Shown: in pieces, positions 37,301 through 49,300 of the stretch
How positions within the stretch are numbered: the first letter of the stretch is position 1
Layout: each line of letters starts with the position of its first letter
Assembly (NCBI GenBank): GCA_002269645.1
Contig: NIVC01000164.1
Coordinates: 188,323-252,322 of the forward strand
DNA: 64,000 nucleotides
Origin: Macrostomum lignano
Lineage: Eukaryota
Direction: 5' to 3'
The notes under the pieces: generated by a model
Told to the model about the DNA's origin: nothing
What the model saw: only the letters and a program-made list of their open reading frames with translations
Databases searched by the model: none
Translations under genes and position numbers: made by a program

Positions 37301-40300
37301 TCTCTCCGCCCCTCTCTACCCCTCTCTCCGTCCCTCTCTCTCCTCTCTACCCTTTCTCTTCGCCCCTCTCTACCTCTTCTCTCCGCCCCTCTCTACCCTT
37401 TCTCTCCGCCCCTCTCTACCTCTTCTCTCCGCCCCTCTCTACCCTTTCTCTCCGCCCCTCTCTACCTCTTCTCTCCGCCCCTCTCTACCCTTTCTCTCCG
37501 CCCCTCTCTACCTCTTCTCTCCGCCCCTCTCTACCTCTTCTCTCCGCCCCTCTCTACCCCTTCTCTCCGTCCCTCTCTCTCCTCTCTACCCTTTCTCTTC
37601 GCCCCTCTCTACCTCTTCTCTCCGCCCCTCTCTACCCTTTCTCTCCGCCCCTCTCTACCTCTTCTCTCCGCCCCTCTCTACCCTTTCTCTCCGCCCCTCT
37701 CTACCTCTTCTCTCCGCCCCTCTCTACCCTTTCTCTCCGCCCCTCTCTACCCTTTCTCTCCGCCCCTCTCTACCTCTTCTCTCCGCCCCTCTCTACCTCT
37801 TCTCTCCGCCCCTCTCTACCTCTTCTCTCCGCCCCTCTCTACCCTTTCTCTCCGCCCCTCTCTACCTCTTCTCTCCGCCCCTCTCCACCCTTTCTCTTCG
37901 CCCCTCTCTACCTCTTCTCTCCGCCCCTCTCTACCCTTTCTCTCCGCCCCTCTCTACCTCTTCTCTCCGCCCCTCTCTACCCTTTCTCTCCGCCCCTCTC
38001 TACCTCTTCTCTCCGCCCCTCTCTACCCTTTCTCTCCGCCCCTCTCTACCCTTTCTCTCCGCCCCTCTCTACCCTTTCTCTCCGCCCCTCTCTACCTCTT
38101 CTCTCCGCCCCTCTCTACCCTTTCTCTCCGCCCTTTCTCTTTGCCCCTCTCTCTGCCCTTTCTCTACGCCTCTCCATCCGCTCCCTCTTTCCGCCCCTCT
38201 CTCCGCTTCTATCCGCCCAATTCTCCCCTCCCTCTCCGCCCCCTCTCTCTCCGCCCCCCTTGTTTCTTGCATCGAAGCCCTAGTTTTCGACTCACGCCAA
38301 TTGATTTTAATCCCTTAAAATTCTCATTGATTTTTATTTATCATCATCAAAATCAAAGTTGGCTGCTGGTGTTTAGAAATATTCAATAAACAAGGGCTTA
38401 AATGTGGTACAGGGGTGTATTTAGATATAAGCTGCCATTCCTTGTCAGGTATGCAGAGGTTGAAGGCAGCATCCTATTCTCCATCATACCTATTCTCACG
38501 ACTGAGCTAGATTGCTTGCTCTCGTTGCTGGCTTGAAGCAGTTTTTTGTGAAAAAATTAATCAACTGAATCGTTGTTGCTTTTTAACCTTGAGCTGCATT
38601 TGTCGAATGGCAACTAACAACCTTTTATATTCTTTGGTGCTTGCTTTGCGACATTGCTTCGAGTGCAATGCTAACTCATCTACCAATTCCATTTGTGTTT
38701 GTGAGCAATGAGTGCTGTTGCACCTGTGTAATGCAGATTTTTCCTAATCTCCCATTATTGTCTGAATTTAATGCGTGTGTGTGTGTTTTTTTTGATAATA
38801 AACTAAACTCAAATTTTTGTGAGACATTTTTTAGTGTGACCTACTATGGGGTGTTTTTGAGCAAAATAACAATTAAGCTAATTGACTCGCAGTCTAGTGC
38901 TCCCCTCAGGGCACCCAATAAGCAAGGAGCAAAAATTATTCATGCAAATCCATTAAAAAAGCACATTTTCTTAAGAACCAATTCCTTCTTCAGTTTTACA
39001 AATCCCTTATTCGTGTAAAATTGGCACGGAAAAAGATGTTTGCTAAGAATCTCTTTTCTAAAAGTAACCAACGGACAACAAAATAAAGCCTTCACAAAGA
39101 TAACCGGCATTCCCCCTAAATAGAAGGCACTCTGGAACAGTAGCACTCTGGAACAGTAGCACTCTGGAACAGTAGCACTCTGGAACAGTAGCACTCTAGA
39201 AAAATAGCACTCTGGAACAATAGCAATCTGGAACAGTAGCACTCTGGAACCGGAGCACTCTGGAACAGTAGCACTCTAGAAAAATAGCACTCTGGAACAG
39301 TAGCACTCTGGAACCGGAGCACTCTGGAACAGTAGCACTCTAGAAAAATAGCACTCTGGAACAGTAGAACTCTGGAACAGTAGCACTCTGGAACCGGAGC
39401 CCTCTAGAAAAATAGCACTCTGGAACAGTAGCACTCTGGAACAGTAGCACATTAGAAAAATAGCACTCTGGAACAATAGCAATCTGGAACCGGAGCACTC
39501 TGGAACAGTAGCACATTAGAAAAATAGCACTCTGGAACAATAGCACTCTGGAACAGTAGCACTCTAGAAAAATAGCACTCTGTAACAGTAGCACTCTGTA
39601 ACAGTAGCACTCTGGAACAGTAGCACTCTGGAACAATAGCAATCTGGAACCGGAGCACTCTGGAACAATAGCACTCTAGAAAAATAGCACTCTGGAACTA
39701 TAGCACTCTGGAACAGTAGCACTCTGGAACAGTAGCACTCTGGAACAGTAGCAATCTGGAACAGTAGCACTCTGGAACAGTAGCAATCTGGAACAGTAGC
39801 ACTCTGGAACCGGAGCACTCTGGAACAGTAGCACTCTAGAAAAATAGCACTCTGGAACAGTAGCACTCTGGAACTGGAGCACTCTAGAAAAATAGCACTC
39901 TAGAAAAATAGCACTCTGGAACAATAGCAATCTGGAACAGTAGCACTCTGGAACCGGAGCACTCTGGAACAGTAGCACTCTAGAAAAATAGCACTCTGGA
40001 ACAGTAGCACTCTGGAACTGGAGCACTCTAGAAAAATAGCACTCTGGAAGAGTAGCACTCTGGAACAGTAGCACTCTGGAACAGTAGCACTTTAGAAAAA
40101 TAGCACTCTGGAATAGTAGCACTCTGGAACAGTAGCACTCTGGAACCGGAGCACTCTGGAACAGTAGCACTCTAGAAAAATAGCACTCTGGAACAGTAGC
40201 ACTCTGGAACAGGAGCACTCTAGAACAATAGCACTCTGGAACAGTAGCACTCTGGAACAGTAGCACTCTGGAACAGTAGAAATCTGGAACAAAAAACAAC

Positions 40301-43300
40301 CCACTTACCCACTGCCAGGTGATCGGCATCCTAGACTGGGAGTTGTCCACTCTCGGCCACCCGCGAACGGACCTGGCCACGTGCCTTCTCGCTCACCGTC
40401 TCGACCCGGAATGGAGCGATAAATTCTTGGTGCCATCGCTGCAGCCTCTGCCAGACGGGGTGCCCACTGAGGCGGAGCTCATCGAAGACTACTGCAAGCG
40501 TTTGGGCCTGAGCGGCGGGGTGCCCGACATTGACTTCTATCACGCCTTCGTGATGTTCCGCTTTGCTGCTATTTTGCAGGGCGTTTACAAGTGAGTTGCT
40601 AGGGGATATGCAGAACCCTCCCGGATCCTCAGTTGCTAGGGGGATATGCAGACCCTCCCGGATCCTCAGTTGCTAGGGGAACTGGTAAACCCTGGATCCT
40701 CAGTTGCTAGGGGGATTTTCAGACCCTCCCGGATCCTCAGTTGCTAGGGGGATTTGCAGACCCTCCCGGATCCTCAGTTGCTAGGGGGATTTGCAGACCC
40801 TCCCGGATCCTCAGTTGCTAGGGGGTTGTGCAGACCCTCTCGGATCCTCAGTTGCTAGGGGAATTGGCAGACCCTCTCGGATCCTCAGTTGCTAGGGGAA
40901 TTGGCAGACCCTCTCGGATCCTCAGTTGCTAGGGGGATTGGCAGACCTCCTTAATTTCGCCTAACCACATGCCCCCCTCAACAGGCGCGCCCTCGACGGC
41001 CAGAGCAGCTCGGCGAAGGCCAAGATTGTGGGCTCATTCGCTCGCGATGTGGCTCGCCTCGGCTGGACGGTGGCCCAGCGCTCCGGCCTGCCCAGCCAGC
41101 CCAGTCACAGTTTCTCATCGTCGGCCTCGGCGACATCCGGCATGCCTGTCAGCCTGTCGGATCTCCGACCCGAAGTTCGTCAACTGCACGCCAAAATTCG
41201 GGCATTTGTTCGCGACAGGATTTTGCCACTAGAATCCGAGCTGAACTCGCACTACGAGTCCCAGTCCAAGTGGACGGTGCACCCCAGTATTGAGCGGCTG
41301 AAATCTGAGGCTAAAAATCAGGGCCTCTGGAATCTGTTCCTGCCTGTAGAGTCGGATCCGAACCGGCTGTACTCGCCCGGCCTCACTAACTTGGAGTACG
41401 CCTTCCTGTGCGAAGAGATGGGCTGGTCCGTATATGCCTCTGAGGTGTTCAACTGTTCCGCTCCGGACACTGGGAATATGGAGGTTTGTCGCTTCTGTAA
41501 CACCTGCTGCATTATGTATTCACAATCTAACACCCATCCAGTTACCCGAAATCCCCAATCTTACGAGCTAACATCCCAGTTACCCGAAATCCCCTATCTA
41601 ACATCTATCAGTTTACCCGAAATCCCCAATAAAACACCCTGTCAGTTACCCGAAATCCCCAATCTAACATCCCATCAGTTTACCCGAAATCCCCAATATA
41701 ACACCCTGTCAGTTACCCGAAATCCCCAATCTAACATCCCATCAGTTTACCCGAAATCCCCAATCTAACATCCCATCAGTTTACCCGAAATCCCCAATCT
41801 AACATCCCATCAGTTTACCCGAAATCCCCAAGCTAACATCTATCAGTTTACCCGAAATCCCCAATATAACACCCTGTCAGTTACCCGAAATCCCCAATAT
41901 AACACCCTGTCAGTTACCCGAAATCCCCAATCTAACATCCCATCAGTTTACTCGAAATCCCCAATATAACACCCTATCAGTTTACCCGAAATCCCCAATC
42001 TAACATCCCATCAGTTTACTCGAAATCCCCATTATAACACCCTATCAGTTTACCCGAAATCCCCAATCTAACATCCCATCAGTTTACTCGAAATCCCCAT
42101 TATAACACCCTATCAGTTTACCCGAAATCCCCAATCTAACATCCCATCAGTTTACTCGAAATCCCCATTATAACACCCTATCAGTTACCCGAAATCCCCA
42201 AGCTAACATCCCATCAGTTTACTCGAAATCCCCAATATAACACCCTATCAGTTTACCCGAAATCCCCAATCTAACATCCCATCAGTTTACTCGAAATCCC
42301 TATTATAACACCCTATCAGTTTACCCGAAATCCCCAATCTAACATCCCATCAGTTTACTCGAAATCCCCAATCTAACATCCCATCAGTTTACCCGAAATC
42401 CCCAATATAACACCCTAACAGTTACCCGAAATCCCCAAGCTAACATCCCAGTTACCCGAAATCCCCAATCTAATACCCTGTCATTTACCCGAAATCCCCA
42501 ATCCAACACCCCAGTTACCCGAAATCCCCAATCCAACACCCCAGTTACCCGAAATCCCCAATCCAACACCCCAGTTACCCGAAATCCCCAATCCAACACC
42601 CCAGTTACCCGAAATCCCCAATCCAACACCCTGTCAGTTTACCCGAAATCCCCAATCCAACACCCTGTCAGTTTACCCGAAATCCCCAATCCAACACCCT
42701 GTCAGTTTACCCGAAATCCCCAATCTAACATCCCAGTTACCCGAAATCCCCAATCTAACATCCCATCAGTTTACCCGAAATCCCCAATCTAACATCCCAG
42801 TTACCCGAAATCCCCAATCTAACATCCCATCAGTTTACCCGAAATCCCCAATCTAACATCCCAGTTACCCGAAATCCCCAACCCAACACCCCAGTTACCC
42901 GAAATCCCCAACCCAACACCCCAACCAGGTGCTGGTCCGCTACGGCACAGAGGAGCAGAAGCGCCGCTGGCTCGATCCCCTCCTAGCAGGCAGCATTCGC
43001 TCCTGCTTCGCAATGACGGAACCGGCCGTCGCCTCTTCGGACGCCACCAACATCGAAGCTTCGATCTGCCGCTCACCAGACGGCTCTCACTACGTAGTGA
43101 ACGGCCACAAATGGTGGATCTCCGGAGCCCTGCATCCCAATTGCAAAGTGGCCATATTTATGGGCAAAACTGATACTTCAGCAGCCGCTCACAAACAGCA
43201 GACGATGCTGCTTGTGCCGATGGACTCGCCCGGGGTCACCGTGGTTCGTCCTCTGCACGTGTTCGGCTTTGTTGACGCTCCAGGTGAGTTCAGTTTAAAG

Positions 43301-46300
43301 TAATTTTTATTAATGTTCAGTTTGCTAGCTGTCAGCTCTCTACAGTAGCTCACAGCTGTACACGTTGATATCATGGCAGTGTGAGCTCGGGGCCCACGTT
43401 TGACTGACACATTTTGACTGACACTACTTTGACTGACACATTTTGACTGACACTATTTGACTGACACTATTTGACTGACACTTTTTGACTGAAACATTTT
43501 GACTGACACTATTTGACTGACACTATTTGACTGACACTTTTTGACTGACACTACTTTGACTGACATTACTTTGACTGACACTACTTTGACTGACACTTTT
43601 TGACTGACACTACTTTGACTGACACTTTTTGACTGACACTACTTTGACTGAAACTACTTTGACTGACACTTTTTGACTGACACTATTTGACTGACACTTT
43701 TTGACTGACACTATTTGACTGACACTATTTGACTGACACTTTTTGACTGACACTATTTGACTGACACTTTTTGACTGACACTTTTTGACTGACACTACTT
43801 GGACTGACACTTTTTGACTGACACTATTTGACTGACACTATTTGACTGACACTATTTGACTGACACTTTTTGACTGACACTATTTGACTGACACTTTTTG
43901 ACTGACACTTTTTGACTGACACTACTTGGACTGACACTTTTTGACTGACACTATTTGACTGACACTTTTTGACTGACACTATTTGACTGACACTTTTTGA
44001 CTGACACTTTTTGACTGACACTTTTTGACTGACACTTTTTGACTGACACTACTTGGACTGACACTTTTTGACTGACACTATTTGACTGACACTTTTTGAC
44101 TGACACTATTTGACTGACACTTTTTGACTGACACTTTTTGACTGACACTACTTGGACTGACACTTTTTGACTGACACTATTTGACTGACACTATTTGACT
44201 GACACTTTTTGACTGACACTATTTGACTGATACTACTTTGACTGACACTACTTTGACTGACACTACTTTGACTGATACTACTTTGACTGATACTACTTTG
44301 ACTGACACTACTTTGACTCTCTCTCTCGAAATCTATAGTGAATAAACAATTTCTAATAACCGATCAAACCCTATGGTAAACAATGAAGTTAAATATGCAA
44401 TAATATTTTAGTCATTTTTTCTTCAATTGATTAAATTGCCGAATTTTATTGGGTTTCGTTGTAAGTTTAAGGTTTTTTACCATAATACGCTCATATTTGT
44501 TTTTGACCTTGCTCTGTGCTTGAAACAATTAGGCATCATAAATTGGTAATTAATCATTTGCGTAGTTACTGTGTATTTAAAATGCTACACAACCACCCCG
44601 ACCCGCCTCCATTCCCTTTCTGTCTCCCCCGCAAGCTAATTAGTCATCATGTGAGTGTAATGTGAGTTTGCTCATAATTAGCCGGCTAGAAAGGTTAAAA
44701 GTACAGACAAATATTGGACGAACTTTTGTGCATATATATTTTGTTACAGGGATTTTCTAAAAGTACAAGTTACAACAATTTTTGCGGGAAATGTAACAAG
44801 TTTTTCAATATAGTTGATTGACTGGAGAGAAGGCAGTTGTCTTCTGCCTATTGTATTCTGTTCTGTAGGCTGAACTTTTTACTTTGCTCATTCGTATTAG
44901 AAACAAGTTTTCATACTTCTCAGTTGATGGAGTTTTGAGTTGGTGAAGTTTTAAGATGATGGAATTCTGAAATGATAAAGTTTTGAGCTTTACATTCATC
45001 TTAAGCTGATGTAGTTTTGAGCTAATGGAATCTTAAGCTGATTTAGTTTTGAGCAGATGTAGTTTTGAGCTAATGGAATCTTAAGCTGATTTAGTTTTGA
45101 GCAGATGTAGTTTTGAGCTAATTAGAATCTTAAGCTGATGTAGTTTTGAGCAGATGTAGTTTTGAGCAGATGTAGTTTTGAGCTAATTAGAATCTTAAGC
45201 TAATGTAGTTTTGAGCTGATGTAGTTTTGAGCTGCTGTACTTTTGAGCTGCTGTAGTTTTGAGGTGATGGAATCTTGAGCAGATTGTAGTTTTGAGCTGA
45301 TGTAGTTTTGAGCTGCTGTAGTTTTGAGGTGATGGAATCTTGAGCAGATTGTAGTTTTGAGCTGCTGTACTTTTGAGCTGCTGTAGTTTTGAGGTGATGG
45401 AATCTTGAGCAGATTGTAGTTTTGAGCTGATGTAGTTTTGAGCTGATGTAGTTTTGAGATGATGGAATCTTGAGCAGATGTAGTTTTGAGCTGATGGAGT
45501 TTTAAGGTGATAGAGTTTGAGATGATGGAGTTTGAGATGATGGAGTTTTAAGCTGATGGAACTATTGGAACTGAAAATTCAACTCAGCTACACTACTCGT
45601 AATTGCGCACCCAGATCATTGCTATAAATATACTTTATGATGATTTTTTAGCCTAAATTAGGCTTTTCAGCTGCTTCGCCTCTTGGCTTTATTATAAATC
45701 AAGGTAGAAAACTTCAGCAGTAAAAGCTGAAGCATAGTTAATTGAGGAAATTAGAAGTGGGAGGAAAATAATTATTCGTACCCTCGAAAAAATGTAAGAA
45801 AAATGGACATTTTGATGTTCTGATGCACCTGACTAAATTATTGCCATTTTTTTCAAATCCTTCTTGAAAATTTTCGGGCTGATTTATGATAATTAAACTG
45901 GATTTGTGTGCTTGAGAAGGCGCCACAAACAATGCTTGAGATGGCGCCACAATCAATGCTTGAGATGGCGCCACAATCAATGCTTGAGATGGCGCCACAA
46001 TCAATGCTTGAGATGGCGCCACAATCAATGCTTGAGATGGCGCCACAATCAATGCTTGAGATGGCGCCACAATCAATGCTTGAGATGGTGCCACAATCAA
46101 TGCTTGAGATGGTGCCACAATCAATGCTTGAGATGGCGCCACAATCAATGCTTGAGATGGTGCCACAATCAATGCTTGAGATGGCGCCACAATCAATGCT
46201 TGAGATGGCGCCACAATCAATGCTTGAGATGGCGCCACATTAAACGACCTTGTCTTCTCAGCAAAGAGTCCATTCGACAAATCAATGGGAGGTTGTAGCC

Positions 46301-49300
46301 TAGTGGTTAGAGCGTCGGACTCACGACTTAAAGGTCGGGGGTTCGATTCCCGATCCCACTCGGAACAATTTATGCCCTTGAGCAAGACACAACTCTGCAC
46401 TGCTTCAGTTCACCCAGCTGTAAAATGGGTGCCAGCATTAGCTGGGGTAATTGAGGGTGTGTGGCGACCCCCCAGTCCTTGGACTGAACAGCCGTACGCA
46501 GCCTTCAGATGCGCCGCGCAATAGCTGCGGCTGAGCTGTCGGTTGCACCTCTGGTCCAATTGGGCCAGGTGTAATCAATTATTTTTAATATTATTACAAA
46601 TCAATGACTTGAACAGAGTTTATCATTGCTTAATATAGAATCCTCTGTTTTGACTTGAGTATATTTTTCAGGTAAAAAAATTGCCTAAAAGTAAAACAGC
46701 CAGTGCGGTGATGTCAAGTCGGATTTTTCAGTTTCCGTTTAAATATCTTAGGCATATGAATGCATCTAGGCTGGTATACATAAACTTGAACAAATACTAT
46801 GCATTGCTTACTTTATATGCTCATAGTAATTTTTTGCAGTGTATGCTTTGAAAAATGAAGCACATGTTTTCCAGTTGCCGTATTTACACCAAGCGACCAT
46901 ATAAACTTTGACAGGGGACTCTGAACTGAATCAAAAAAATTACAGAACTTTTTTTATTAGTGAGTCATTATCGCTATAAATTGTAATCAATTGAAACAAG
47001 ATTGGAATTTTTTTTGAATGACACAAACGGACTTATTAGTTAACAGTGTTTTAACAATCGGGCTCGCAGTTGCACAAGTTATTTAGCTATAGTTAATTGC
47101 CACAGTTAGTTTCTTAAATAGCAAATTTGGCTTTTGACTGCGTTTGGTGCTAAAATCAACACAAGATGTCTCTCTTGTCTGTCTGGAACCCTGCATGGTT
47201 ACTGTTTTATGACTTATTATCGTTAAAAACCGTGTTGGAACTTCTATCTATTAGTAACCATGCAAGGTTAGCAGAGATTTAACTGGCAACAGGTATAAAA
47301 TTTACAATAATAATATTAAGAAGGTTAATTACTTGTGTAACGATGTGTAAAACTGCACAGAATTTCTATACATACAGGTAAACAGAACGAAAGCTGACGA
47401 GTGCACAAGGACTAAACAGACACACGAAGACACAAGTTAGTTTATAGAGTTAGACAGCAGCAAATAGAAAAATCATATCGGTTAAATATTATAATTATGA
47501 TTACTATTTGTTGTTTAGCTAGTAGGAGGGAAAAAGCATCGGTTCACAGAAAGCGAAGAATGAAATCTTGGACACAAGGACTCAAACTTTTTGTATAAGA
47601 GTTACGAATTCCTTACTGAAAATTACATAGTTCTAAACAACGCTGACCTCGCCTTCATGACTGGTGGAGCCGGCAGACTCGCCATCGCTGCTCGAAGCTT
47701 CCGCAGCGTCCTCGGTTGAGAATGGATTCTCTCGTTTGGCCAGTTTGAGCAGCACCCGAGGCGGGTGCAGCAGGTGCAGAGAGTCCATGTCCACGTAGGA
47801 TAGGAAGGCGACCACCTCCGCCGGGAAGGTCTGCGCCAGTCTGCGCAGCTTTGCTCCAAAATCCACGCCGCCGATGTTACGTCGAACGGCGTTGCGCGCC
47901 TGCAGTCTCAGCGACATTGGTCGCTTGTTGAAATCCGAGCAGGCCCGTTGCAACGTCTCCAGATTGTCTTTGAACTCTTGGCGTCGCTGGGAGTAGCGCT
48001 TAGCGTACAGCTTCCTGAGGGAGAGGTTCTCCAGGCTCTCGCTGATCTCTTCGCTTGTTGGATGCGAGCTGCTCAACGATAAGAAGTTGATAAGTAGCAG
48101 GGCGGCCTCCTGGATGATTGGCGGTAGCTGGATGTTCGACCCGTACTGGTCAAGTCTGGGGTGGCACAGCAGACAGATCAGGATGCCGAACCAGTTGTGC
48201 GACGAGGACAGAAACTCGAGGCATTCGAACTCGGAAAAGCCGGCTTTGATTAAACTTCTGACTGTGAAGATCTCGGCGCACGAGTCGTTCTGTTCGGGAA
48301 TGTCCGGCACCGTGTTGTTCTCGTTGGTGTACTTGGTGAGGTACCAGTTTAGCGAATAGCCTAGCGAATTGAACAATATGATAGAATCGATTCTGTGCAC
48401 GTCGATGCCTCTCAGTAGCAGCTGGGGCAACTGCTGAAAGAAATAATAAAACGTTGACGGCGACGAGTAGCCTACAGCCGACGAGCTCATTCTTTGCATC
48501 TCCTCGCCCAGAAATTCGTAGATCGATCCGAAGTAGTAGTCCAAAGCTGACTGGTAGGTGTAGCGGCCCTTTGTCCAGAACTTCTTGTAGGGCACCATCG
48601 CTGAGCGATTGCTGGACGCCGGCGAGAAGTTCCACCGTTTGCACTGCAAAGGCCTGTTAGGATCGTGACCGTATTTGGCTAGAATTGGCAGCATCTGCCA
48701 CTGCTGATTGTCCACTGCCCAGACCACTGGCGAGCACTCTTGGTGAAAGTGTAGAAATGGATCCTGGCTTCTGTTGGTCCAGGCTAGGAAATTCGGGCTG
48801 AGGTGTCGCCTCTTGACCGAGACAACCACCTTGGATGGAGGCACCGCTCGCAGTTTGCGGAGTATCCGCTCCACCGACCGAGTATTGCCCAGCTGGATGT
48901 GATAAGCCAGTCTCTCTGTTAGCTTCTCAATCGCGTCGGCGTTTACTGGATTCGCTCGACCTGCCGCGCCGCTACCTGCCCCGGCGCCGGCGCCAAAACA
49001 GGCGCCAAACAGGCAGGCAGCGCCGCCGGCAGCGCCTGTACCGCTGCTGACAGTCGATGCCGTGGAATTATTGCTCTTAGTTGAAGCTCGTTTAGATCGA
49101 ACTAAGCAGCCTGTTTGCGACATTCTGCACCTCACTAGTTCTGACTGATGTATTCCTTAGCAACCGAAGCTGGACGCAGTTTGCGTCTAGAACTAATTGG
49201 TTCAAGGCTGTTCTATCTCTATGTGTGTAGAGATTTTCTATAGAAAGTATTTTACCGATAGATTGTGAGACGAATCGGTGGAAAAGATGCGTATATATAT

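Noticed and set aside
31963-38389. 300-520 aa ORFs (31963, 32091, 33883, 36830, 36981 etc.)
   Set aside because: Stop-free minisatellite translations; only the embedded ACAD10 exons are real.
46288-46360. tRNA gene (CAC anticodon-like loop)
   Set aside because: The anticodon and acceptor stems pair poorly, and it continues into a SINE body with tail and TSD.
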